Below are positions 11,904 to 23,301 of a stretch of 49,132 nucleotides of DNA, one piece after another. Where the stretch lies: positions 62,001-111,132 of the forward strand of contig MU271273.1 in NCBI GenBank assembly GCA_021432655.1. Reading direction: 5' to 3'. Source of the DNA: Atractiella rhizophila. Its lineage: Eukaryota. How positions within the stretch are numbered: the stretch's first letter is position 1; each line of letters opens with the position of its first letter. A program made the position numbers and the translations under genes. The notes beneath the pieces are model-generated. The model was not told the origin of the DNA, did no database searches, and worked only from the letters and a program-made list of their open reading frames with translations.

Positions 11904-12645
11904 ACCCACATCCTTGAGTGACGGAGCAGGCCGGTACTGAACTGACAAGTTCAACTGAGAGTTTCCAGCAGTTGGAATCGGTGGAAAGGTTGAGGATGCT
12001 GATGGCAAGAGACGCGTGCGCTTGATCCCATTAGCACTCTTTACCGCATACGATGAGACGTTTTTGGTGATACATTCCGAGAGGTCAAGGATGGATTTTG
12101 AGAGGTGGAAGGTTAGGAGAAGCTGAGCAAGAAGACCGTCGTTTGTTAGGTCGTGGGGGTTGGATCGGGTTCTGTGGAGTCGGAGGGAGGAAGGAAGGGA
12201 CTTCAGGCACTGTCGCCCAGCATCATTTTGATGACAGAGCAGAGACAGAGGTGAATAATGTAATAGCTTGTTATGGGATACGCAAGTACAGGATGACATG
12301 GAAGGGTATTGGCAATGGCCATCGGCTCGTTTATAATGGGCACGCTTTTGGGCATCGCAACCAGTTGTGAGCGCATACATTATGAGGCCGCGCGATGTTT
12401 CCAGCGTGTTCGAAGGGCCCAGGTGCTGTTAAGCAAAGAACACTTACCTGCGTCTAATGGTGTGGCGTTTCCCATTATCCCTACTTCTTGCGTATGTTTA
12501 GTAATACTTTCTCACACGAACGAAATCCCGTATGACGCTTTTGGAGCGAATATAGAGAAGTAATCGAGTAATCAAAGGAACCAGGCGTTGGGCGGTGTTC
12601 GCGTTGGTTCCAACTAGTCCATTACGCTCAGAATGAGGCCTCCAT

Positions 12646-13488
12646 TGGATAGAAGGCCGGCCGGAAGGACAGTGAACCAGCCCCCAGCCTTCCCAAAAAT
12701 AAAACTGGTATATCCTATCCTATACTCTAAGATTCATCAGTTTTCCTATACTCTAAGATTCATCAGTTCTTGGCATGAGTCATAAGACGCACTTTTGAGC
12801 CCTTACACCTCCCTCACCATACACAATAGAATGAAATGTATCATACCATCATATCCCATATGCTTGCCCCTTTCTGAACCTGCAAGGAAATTTTATTCTG
12901 AAAGGGTTGAAAAATGCGTTTTGTACTGGACTCGAACGCTTACACGATTGGATCACTGTGGGGTTCAAGGGGCCATGCCGCTTGCGAGTGGGTTGGGGGG
13001 CCTGAGGGACGAAGGCCCTTGACACACTTGTAATAAATCTATTCTTCTAACAGCGTTGGGTTTCTTGGCATGAGTCATAAGACGCACTTTTGAGCCCTCA
13101 CACCTCCCACACCATGCACAATAGAATGAAATGTGTTGGAAATCGACGGGCTGAGGAGCAGAGCTAAGTATGACTTGGTTACCTTTGGCTGAGCTCTTGG
13201 AAACGCATGAGCACCAGGAAATGGAATTCTATGTGTTTATATGGCTTGCAGCAGTGGCAACTAGAAAGTAGTAGAACATTCCAGGGAGCTGAAGAACTTT
13301 GCCACTGAGTGGCACGAAACTAGACTGCAAGATCCAACAAATGAATTATACAATCATAACCCATATGCTTGCCCCTTTATGAATCTGCGAGGAAATTTTA
13401 TTCTGAGGGGGGTAAAAAATATGGATAGAAGGCCGGCCGGAAGGACAGTGAACCAGCCCCCAGCCTTCCCAAAAATAAAACTGGTATA
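12646..13488 (+). mobile_element. Head-to-tail stack of non-autonomous mini-Helitrons
   Basis: Unit A starts a|TCCTATACTCTAAG at 12718 and unit B starts a|TCTATTCTTCTAAC at 13038. Both continue TTCTTGGCATGAGTCATAAGACGCACTTTTGAGCCC, homologous to the termini at 1230 and 20934. Unit A ends GGGCC...GGCCC...CTTG|T (~13030). Unit B ends GGAAGG...CCTTCC...AAAACTGG|T (13484). 12646-12712 is identical to 13422-13488. Confidence 0.7.
13134..13339. mobile_element. Solo LTR (206 bp) inserted in mini-Helitron unit B
   Basis: TGTTGGA...TCCAACA termini with AATG duplicated on both sides (13130-13133, 13340-13343). Unit A shows the uninterrupted homologous site near 12835. Confidence 0.8.
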
Positions 13489-13559
13489 AATCGAACCAAA
13501 AGGGCTTGCTCAACGTATGGATGCTTTGGCAACGGCATAGATGCTGCTTACAAATGATG

Positions 13560-13900
13560 CAGCATCTAGGGAGTGACGAGACACAGGAAAATGCTGGTGT
13601 AATGTAAAGTGGAAAATCCAGTAACAGGCCATAACATCGTCTCAGGAGTAGTTGCCTTTAGAAGATCCAATGAATCTGGCATCCAAGTACTCTTGAATCT
13701 CATTCACGTCCCAAACATCACCTCTGGTACCATGAAGGACAGCTTATATCCCATCATTTCCTTTGTAGATATTTCAAGGGATGCTTGACTGATTTAATGG
13801 AGATGCAGAGTTATCATTGATATGAGCTGTAAACTGCCAAAGGACATTAGTATTAAACAGTACAACCCAATGATTGAGTACAGATTGAACTACGGTGAAG
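13560..13900 (-). pseudogene. Helitron RepHel internal fragment (degenerate)
   Basis: The minus strand gives NHWVVLFN...QFTAHIN, IKSVK...IYKG.D, NEIQEYLDARFIG and IFHFTLH. These match the conserved WVVPYN / AHINVE / KYIYKG / DEI..Y.DARY / IF.F.LH series. Confidence 0.75.
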
Positions 13901-14189
13901 GAGGCTAGTGGTCGTCAAAAAGTACAAGTTACAATTTTTATATGTTTGGTGGAGGATTGTTGACGATGGTAAATGAGGACCGGGAACTTGTGGGATATAT
14001 AAGTTATAAGGTTGTTTTCATCTGTAAATTCAAAGTCTAATCATAACCTTCCAGGAATTTGTTGTTAGGAACTCACTGCTCGAGGTGGTGGACTTCAAGA
14101 TTTTGCTCAACATGTATGGCTACTTGGAGTCGATTTCAAAGGTAGCAGGCAGGCATGTGTTAACCTCTGCTGTCAACATAGGAACAGTG

Positions 14190-16270
14190 TCGTTCTCTAT
14201 GTGCCCGAACTCTGGATTGGCCAGGATCTAGCTCATCTGGAAATGTATGTTTTTGAAACAATTCCTCACACAAATCCAGCACAAGCAGATTTTGTTGTGG
14301 CATTTCAAGAGGCAATCTTAAAGAAGAAGGCAGACTTGCAAGGTGGGGTTGCTGAGTATTATTCAGTTGAAGAAAGTTTGGAGCGGCTTATGAAAGTTGA
14401 AGATAAGTTCAAGAAGAATCCTGATCTTTAGAACAAGTGCTGTGCCATATTCGAGCTTCAAAAGGGTCACATTGAGAAGGGATGCCTTATTCCAAAGTAT
14501 CAGCAGCCCCCATATATGATATGATAATAAAAACTGGCACAGTGTAGCTGGCAAGCCATTTCGTGGATCAGCTTCTTCTCTTACAACTGTACTGTGTGTC
14601 CTTCCCGATATCTTCTTATGCAAGAACTTCCTTGTCAAAATTAAGAATCGCTCTCAGCCAGCTGACTTACTATCACAAGCATTCGGAAGAACGTTATTGA
14701 GACTGGTACCCACCACATCTTTCTTGTGGTCGGAATCTTTACCTAGAAGAAATCTTATACTCTTCAAGCCAGCCTAAACTGCTGGACATCTTTTTGAAGC
14801 ACGAGTTTGGATTGGTTATGTGTGAAAAGCAGCATGTTTTCTGTACTTGTTACTGGGAGTAGTACATTTATTGATATTCCATGAGTTTAGATTTACAGGA
14901 GTTGACCTAGATTGCTATAAAGTGAAGTGAAAGGAGCTCCTCCAAACTCTCAAACCAGATAATATCGAACACCCCAAAGTAATTGTTATGGCTGTGATGA
15001 ATGGAACGGTTGTTATAAATGGTGAGCTTACTGTGGACTCTGATGATGAAATGGAGATGTTTCCGAAGGCTGTAGGTCTTCTCTTGCCAGTCTTCCCAAC
15101 ATAAGAATATATTCGTATTGAGCTGTTATAGAAATCCAAAAACACTCAATTACAACGTTCTGCAATCAGTTCATCTTGCTTGCTAGAAAAGTGCATGACA
15201 ACCCAATTGGATAGTGAGGATGATGCTACTAGGCTTGCCATCTCCTCCAAACTCCTTCATCTAAATCAAGAACTTTTGGAGCCAGATATCAAGCCACCTT
15301 CGCCACCTTTTTGGAACTTCACAAAATCGAACCAGTGCCCATCTTCCACAAATATTGATGTGGAAGCACAACCACTGTCAGTTCCTCTGCTCATGAGTGT
15401 CTTCCGATCTTGAACATCACAGACGTTTCCTTCAGCAACAGGGATTACAATTCAGGTATACTCTGATGCCTTCAGGAAACTTGCAGCCTGCCGACTCTAG
15501 TTCAAAGCTACTTCTTCAACAATGGAGAAGCAGCTGAAATTGTTTGCTGAGAACTATATTAACCCCTGCGTATTACAATGCAGAAAAGGTGGTCCAAACG
15601 ATTTTGTAAAATCATTCGTAACTGTTTGGTGCTCAAAAATGATTTATTTGCAATCGAGAAGAGGTTGCTGGTCACATTCAGAGAGTAGCTAGCGGAGACT
15701 GTGAGTTTGAACACTTTATTGACAGGAAAAGGAATTTACTAACAATGTCGAGCAGCAATTAAACCATTCCGTACCAGTGAAAGTGACATATATGAAGCTA
15801 ACAAGGAAGGGCAACCTTGGAGCTGTAAACACTTGGTGGTTGATACAAGAAGGAAAATGATTGTGATGGTGAGAAGAATTCAAACAATTATCAGCGCAAC
15901 GTCTGTGACGATAACTTTCTGCATTGGTCCAAGGGTTCCATACCCACTGCCTAAGACCAACTTATGCAATGTCCCACTCTGCAAGAATATGTTGGGGAAG
16001 TGGAGCATAGACGAGAATGCAGTGAAGAAGGTTTTCACAGATATCAATGATGGGAAAGTGCCGGATGTCGATCAATCGGTGGAGATGATCAACAGGCGAG
16101 TTTTTATGCCAATGACTTGGTTAGAGGAAAAGATGGACTGGATTTACTTAGTGAGTAGTCATATGCAAATGGATATCTTTTGTATTTTCAGTCTGGGACA
16201 TATAATGTGTCAGGATTTTGGCGCGTTGAGTATCATTCATTGCCACCTGTTCTGTGGCTGTTTTTCTTGA
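14190..16270 (+). pseudogene. Possible decayed multi-exon gene of unknown function
   Basis: Protein-like ORF pieces (14201-14431, 15180-15413, 15833-16270) and intron-like GT..AG segments. No family recognised. Confidence 0.25.
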
Positions 16271-16559
16271 ACCTTCTGGACTTCCATGCTTACCAATGTT
16301 TGCCACCTACTGTAAAGGTATAAAAGCACTAGATTCTTTATTGTAATACCATGAACTTGTAATTTCATCATAATGTACCAGCCTCCACTTTTGAAATTTT
16401 TTATAAGACGGCATCAACTATTATAAAGCAAAGGCAAATTTTGAGCTTTTATTTGATCAATTACAACTGCAGTTGCAAGAGGACGGAATACACTGTTGCG
16501 GAGTCAGACAATGTCAATATAATGTGAGTTGATGCTCTGCTTTGTTAATATCCCCTCAA

Positions 16560-17060
16560 TGCTAATAATCCTTATATGTCGTGATAGCTAGCTCTCAGAC
16601 CTTGCATTCGACATACTCACGCCTGAGATACGATGGATAATGGCGACGTAATAGGGAATCATATGTTTGACAAATATAGGGTGTGTATTTTTCCTTCGCT
16701 TTTTTTGATATCCGCTCACTCTTATTATGCATTATACGTAATAATATCTAGCCTTCGGGCCCATCACTCAGCGCCCTCACGTTTAAAATACGATGGGTAA
16801 TGGTGAAGCAATGGGGAATTGCATTTTTTGATATATATGCGGTGCATATTTTTTCCTCCGCTTTTTTTATTATTAGCTCATTCTTATTATGAATTATACG
16901 TCGTTGTAACTGGCTCTCAGCCCTTGCGTTCTCCCTACTCACGCGTGAAACATGATGGATAATGGTGAAGTAATAGTAAATTGTATTTTTGATATATGAA
17001 GGTGAGTATTTTTTGCTCCGCTTTTTTAAATGTTCACTCACCGTTGTTACATGTTATATA
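16560..17060. repeat. Diverged AT-rich tandem repeat, ~160-162 bp x ~3
   Basis: The anchor CTCACG...ATGGRTAATGG recurs at 16616, 16776 and 16938. Each is followed by TATTTTT..CGCTTTTTT..CTCA. Confidence 0.85.
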
Positions 17061-18789
17061 GGGCAACAACAGCAACACATACGTTACTTTCAAGCTACTT
17101 AACAGGAAAACACATTGGGTATTGATGTTGGAAGGTACGATTACGTGTCAAGTTTCCACATACCTATATCTTTTATTTTGTTTTTTTGTGCTTCAGAGAC
17201 AAACACACTCCATTTTATAGACACTGGATCAGTCTCAATTGTATTCAAGATGAATCATTAATCATTACTACATTTTTGCATTCAAGAATATTCGAGGTCG
17301 ACCACTTTTGTGTTTGCAGCCCGATGTGGCCAAAATCTCCCTGATATTGAGCGCAAAACCTTTTTGAGTGCGCGGCTGCGCAAAACCCTTGGGGCAACCT
17401 GTTGCCAAAAATGTACACTTTGGCAAATCTTTCTGGTCACTTTCAGAAAGCAGAAATCTACGAATCACGTCGTTTGGCCACTTTCTGTTGCTCCTTAGTC
17501 ACTTGCTAGCTTTCCTCCACTGTACATTGCTCAGCCAATATCAGCGATTAGGTAAATCTTGTATTACACTTCTACCTTTCGATTAGTCGAAATCGATGCA
17601 TAGATTATAAAATGGGGTCCGTAGAATGTGGGAGTGAACATATGGAGGAGGCGAGGGAAAGTGGGATCGTGAGTGGCGCCTGCCTTGGAAACCGCATCAG
17701 CGAGAGTTAGAGTACTGATAAGTCCTTACTCCTGTCAATTCCAAGAGAGAGCTGGCCGGTAAGGGAAGACAATGTCCAGAGGTACATGTTCCAGCCTTTA
17801 CCAACTTTGCGGCTGAACTGCAGTGCATGTATACATGTATAGTCAGTGTTATGTTTTTTTCAGTGAGCGCAGGTAAAAGTCGACTTGCCTACTGCCTCCA
17901 GTTTCCTAGCAGAGTTCTCTGCTCTGATGGCTCTGTGGGCCTCTTTCGCGGTCTTTCCAGGGCACGTAGCTCCGCACAAAGCATGACAAGCATTCTCATA
18001 AGCTGATCTAGTCCTACAATCAGGTACCACACTGCAAAAGCTATACTGAAAAGGCTTACTTTCCACTAATCTCCCTCCTGCTCTTCAAGACTATTCACCA
18101 TCATTAGAGCCATTCTGAGGAGGAATGTAAACACACCGCTGCTTCCAGAAATGCCTTAACCGCCATTACAGGTCCTTCTGCTCCTTTCCCTCCTCCACAT
18201 TCCTGTGCCCTCCTGTCCCAAGTCCAGAACCTGCACCGTTCACCGTATCTACACACTTCCACCACGGCCGCCACTCACACTCACACCCACACTTCTGCCA
18301 CCACCTCCAATTCTGCTCACGTCCACACTTCCACCACACATCGCATTCACAATGGTGGGTTCCTGGGCTCTCAGAATCGCAACTGAAGAAAGGGTAAGAG
18401 GTGGGACCGATCCAGAAGGTAGATTGAGCAATTGGGTTAGGCAGGTGAGGCTGGCATGAGGCGGGTTGCTCGCAGTTGGGATTCGAGAGCAATGTTCTAT
18501 CTTGTATGGAAAGCAGCTAATTTGAGAAGATGACAGACAACACCTGCAGTTGAAATATATCCGACTTGGCTGCTCTGCAGAGCGGCATCTGACATGCTGA
18601 GCGGAGAACGTGCCGAAAATCAGGCTGGAAATGAGAGCTGGGCCACACAGTTTTCGAAGAAGGGTGAGTGGGCTACTTTGTGAGCAAATATCGGTCAAGG
18701 CCAAAGAAATCTGAGAAGACATACTTTCTGTTTCAAAAGTTGGATGTCCTCTGATTGGCCTGGGATGCCGAGTGCTGGTTGAAGCATGC

Positions 18790-19057
18790 CCAGATCGAAA
18801 ACATCGCACGACCGGACTTCTTCTCCTTCGGGAATGTTCAGGAGATTTCCAAACTCAAGCATGACGACTTTGAGCATGTAAAGTGTGGAGAAGGTACAGG
18901 TGCCGCCATTGTCGATCGCGAAGATTCGGAGTCCTTGTTCGTTCGTCTTCTTGACATTGTCAGGGACTTTGAAAATCTTGATGGTTTGAACTTGGGATGG
19001 GCTAGAGGATGAGAAAGGTGTTGGGGTAGCAGATCTGGAGGCAACGGGCGATTGCAA
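18790..19057 (-). pseudogene. Patatin-like phospholipase N-terminal fragment
   Basis: GLRIFAIDNGGTCTFSTLYMLKVVM...RSCDVFDL resembles the fungal patatin start LRxLSxDGGGxRGxSxLxxL..xM...PCxxFDL. The Gly-rich loop is degenerate. Confidence 0.7.
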
Positions 19058-20469
19058 ACCAATTCTTGAAATAGTTGACCGCCATGGTGAATGAGAGAGA
19101 AAGTATTCTTCTTTGGGTGAAAAAGATAGGAGTAATAGTCCATCTGCGTAACATGGACTCGTTCTCCCATGTTTCCAACTATTTGTCCGTCATTATTTCG
19201 ATGTTCTTCCCATGGACAACGTTGAAGCAGATCACCATGACGGAGGAGAATGTACGTGTGCCAACCTTGCTCACCATATGGAAATAAAAGTGGAAATCGC
19301 AGTGGGAGATAGTTGGCATTTTGATCACTGACTTTTTCATAAAAGTTCTGACCATCAGGCCGTCGGAGTTTGACCACAATATCTCTTGTGACACCTGCAG
19401 TGGCTCCTGATTCTTCTCCAATGAGAAGCACTGCAATTTCTCCTATGCCATGACCTGTTGGCCTATTATATCGACGGGGATCGAGATCTATAGGATTAAT
19501 AGGTCGAATGTGGAGTTGTAATGCTGGGTCATCTGCCATACGCTCCCTTGCAGTTTTATAGATTTCCGGCCATGGATTAACTCGCCACATCATGTCTTGC
19601 AACTTTCTCAATGTCACTTCCTTAAGTTTGTTCCCTCTAATGGTCCCTATTCTTTTACGAATCTGCTCTTCAGAATCCAGCATATATATCTGTGCAAACT
19701 TTTCTTCGTCATCAGATTCCGGAAGCAAAGCACCGATGAGATGGCAAAGCTCCCCTTGAATCCGGAAAGTGTAAACTCCATGCCCAGGGATAGGTGGCCG
19801 CTTGTCTCCGAGAGAAGTAAAGGAAAGAGCATTATTGTAGGAGCGGATATTCTCACGAAACTGTGTTGATTCATGCGTATCTGGATTGGTGAACAGCTGA
19901 AACAACTCTGGTGGAGGATTTTCATAAGCAGGAAGAACAATCTTTCCATGGGAGCAGCAGTTCGTAAATTTCGGATTATGCTTAGAGCTCTTGACTATTC
20001 ACTCCTCAAGCCAACGGAAGGCACTGCATTCTGAGCAGAAGACTACGCTCCAGCCAGAAAGCCGCACGGCTTCCACGGTTCCCGAAGAGTAGTTAAATGC
20101 GATGAAAGGATGCCGATCATGCCTTTCATCTCTTGGTGGCACCATCCTTGGGTCAGGAACATCATTGTTCCCAAATCCTCCATCAGAGGATCCTTCAGTT
20201 TTGTCTCCATCTAAAGGCTGAGGGTCTGGCTGCCAACGTTGTCGTCGTACCCTCAGAGGTTGAGCCTGCTGCTATTGCTCACGAATTTGGCGTGTCAAGT
20301 GCTGAGGTGGGGTAGGTTGCGTAATCTGAAAACGCTGGGGCAGTCCTGCATGACGTCTCTCTGTACGTCGTGGAGCAGCCTGAGGGATATCTGACTGGCT
20401 CTCTTCTCGCCGTTGCTGCTGAGCATGAACTCGTCGGTTTGCACCATTTTTTTTCTTAGGGAGGGGCAT
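19057..20469 (-). pseudogene. Helitron RepHel N-terminal region, truncated, with premature stops
   Basis: Zn-binding CSECSAFRWLEE*...FTNCCSHGK, then FRENIRSYNNALSFTSLG, YTFRIQGELCHLIGALLP, KFAQIYMLD, RRYNRPT, YLPLRFPLLFPYGEQGW and GGQLFQE. Homology ends near 19060. Confidence 0.9.
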
Positions 20470-20934
20470 GATGATTCTAAAGTGCGGTCAGAAAGCACTA
20501 AAGGCAGTATATTCTAGCTCACATGTGCTCACTTTCTTCCCCTTAAGGTAGGCAAACAACACTTTTTGGCGCCTGACTTGAGAAATCCCAAAATGCCCTG
20601 AAGAAATAGCGTGCGGCCTTGTTTTGGCGCCGTGTGCTGCGGTTGCTTTGCGGGGCAGCTGCGCACGGTGTTTAGCGGCCAAGTGGGCCAAGTGGGGAAG
20701 CCAGTGGAGCCGGGGAAGGCAGAGTACACGGTTGCAAAGGGTTTGAGTCCGCTGCAAAACACTTTTTCTCACCACTTCAAAATAAAATTTCCTTGCAGCT
20801 TCAGAAAGGCACAAACATATGCAGTAACATGGTGTAATTCATTTCATTTCAATGTGCCTGCTGAGGGAGGTATGAACACTCAAAAGTGCATTTTATGACT
20901 CGTGCCAAGAACGGATGGCTTTTAGAGGTAAGGA
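19057..20934 (-). mobile_element. 5' portion of a formerly autonomous Helitron
   Basis: Terminus a|TCCTTACCTCTAAAAGCCATCCGTTCTTGGC at 20934 is shared with other copies in the window and lies ~465 bp upstream of the RepHel ATG. Confidence 0.8.
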
Positions 20935-21195
20935 TGTGGAACTAAGTGAGTATGTTGTATATCCCGAAAATGAGCCGGATTGCTACTAATTTGACTGACT
21001 TTCACATATTGAATGTGTCGAACTTGTCTTATTCTCCTCTTCTCTCATGCTTAATGCTTTCCTGAATGTTCAAAATTTCGTGACAGAGTATCTAGCAAGT
21101 AGCGACAAGCCAGACGTACGATATACAACCTGTAATTAGACCTTTTAGAGCTTGGAATGCGAATAAAGTGATGTATATATCATAGCCAGTTCTCA
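20935..21195 (+). mobile_element. Possible solo LTR
   Basis: TGTGGAACT...AGTTCTCA imperfect inverted ends and an AATAAA near 21162. No TSD visible because the left flank is the Helitron end. Confidence 0.3.
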
Positions 21196-21842
21196 TTTTG
21201 CTCCTGTCATGTAGTAAACTCTCTATACATAATTTGCAATTTACCTTGTTTATCCAAGGCTATAAACATGTGATGTGTCGGTAAATGAGAAATAAACCCA
21301 GTTATCATGAAGGAGAGAACACCTTCGGTTGTCTAAGCACTCTGCCACTCCGGCTCTTAAGAGGACTTTCTGCTTGTTCCATGCCCATCTCTACATCTTT
21401 AGCTTTGTCTAGCAGTCCATCCAAACCATCCTCTGAGCTCTCATGGTCCTCTTCGAAGCCAGGATGCACATACTCATCCAACATCTCGACATCCTGCTCC
21501 TCCCGCACTTCTTCTTCCTTCCCTTTTCCTCCCGATCCTTTAGCTCCCCTCATAAGGTATGAACTCACAGTTGGGTTTATTTCAATCCTTAACTCCTGCT
21601 CCAATTCCTCTCCCACGTCCAATTCAATCTCCACCATCCACCTTTGTACCCATCTTGATCCGGACATTCTTCCTCCTACTTCGCTTGCTTCCACCCCTAC
21701 CACTTCCAGACCGAGCAGCACCTGTAGCGCCACACTCTTTAGCGCCAGCTCTTCCCTGAGACCGAGGAACGACGACAACAAAAAAATCCCATCCTAATAA
21801 TTCGAATAAAACCGACCCTCTCACAACCAACCAACCTACGCC

Positions 21843-23301
21843 ATGTCCCAGAAAGGCCCTAGGCTCTCACAAGAGGGCTCAAAGGTCTCTCTTGGGCAAG
21901 GAAAAGGAGGGGGCACGCGAGTAGACTTTACCTCAACTTCTACCCGCCCTACCCAACCTATCCTAAACAATAGTGTTAAAACAGGAGGAGGCATTTTAAG
22001 GAACAGCCAGAAGGCTGTAGATGAAAGTGATGAAGAGGGGAGGAACACAGATACGTACTTCCTAGATATGGAGGCAGGGGAGTCTGTTCCTTTCTCTTCC
22101 ATATTCTTTCACGGAACACCAAACTTCACCAGGATCAAGGATATTCTAGGCATCTCAGAAGCGGTGCAGAACAACCCAGTTAAGTTATTAGAATTCACTT
22201 ACCGTCAATTTATTTCCATGAGCTCCATCAATAAGCTCTTTAGAAACACAAAGGGTGAATTCAAAACAGATCAGGCGATCATAGATAATATCGAGACTCT
22301 TTTAAGGGCCTGTGTTTTCCCTATTAAAGAAAGATCCACTTAGTGAAATATGTCGCATCTCACAAAACCAGACCCTCACAAATAGGTCTATTGAAATCAT
22401 GTTTGACAAAATTGAAAGCATGGAGCGCAAACTCGCAGAGGGAATCCATGTCCATCAGAACAACATCCAACCCTCTTGGGTTCAGAGTGTTAAGGATTTC
22501 CCTCCACTTGGTGCCCCCATACCTTCTCTAGCCTCTAAGACTGTTCCTATGTGATCCAAGGCTGCCCTTAAAAAGGCCCGCCAAAGAAGGAACAGAGTCA
22601 GGAAACTGATGCTATTCCCTCCAAAAGGCTCTATGTCTTTATTAGATAATAAATCCAAAACTGACATCCTCTCCCAAATTAATGATGCTCTGGCAACCGG
22701 AATGGTTGTCATTGATCCCTTGTGAGATACAACTCCGGGTACAGAGAAGGATACATTTGTATCTGCCTCCACAGTTGACAAACTACCTGAAGGAGGTCTA
22801 GCCATGTGGCTCGACGATGCAGTTGCCTGCAGTTGGGCCACTTCGGGAAAAACTGTCATAGAAAAGGTAGACCTATCTGTGGGGCCTGTGTGGAAGAACA
22901 CGACACAAAGAACTGCACAAAAAAACCTCACTTGCTTTATGAAAGAAGGGGAAAACCCCTCCCAATGTAATGACCCAACAGCTCCCCCATGTTCTCACAT
23001 AAGAATTAATCTACGATGTGCATATTGTGGCAAACAAGGCCACGGAGCACATGGGGCCTATGGGGGAGACCAGTGTGTTAAAAAGATAGCAGAAAGAGCG
23101 AAGGCAAGGAGGATTGAGAATGAAATGGGAGAATACTTTGATAGGAATGATTTCGGAGGAGATCCTGGGATCCCCTCTGATGAGGAAGGAGGTGATACCA
23201 ATTATGCTTTGGATGAACCAGAGCAAAGGCATATGGGGAGACAACATGAGATGGAGTCAGAAGAGCTGCTGAAAATCGGCAATACAGCATCTATTGAATG
23301 A
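21843..23301 (+). pseudogene. LINE ORF1 (gag-like)
   Basis: Consecutive ORF pieces broken by stops, with the C-terminal knuckle CAYCGKQGHGAH...C. Its stop overlaps the ORF2 ATG (ATGA at 23298-23301). Confidence 0.75.

Noticed and set aside
16560..17060. CRISPR-like periodic array
   Set aside because: Whole units are homologous, with no unique spacers, no cas genes, and a eukaryotic context.
17268..17520. GCGCAAAACC short direct repeats as an element terminus
   Set aside because: No partner end, TSD or linked ORF.
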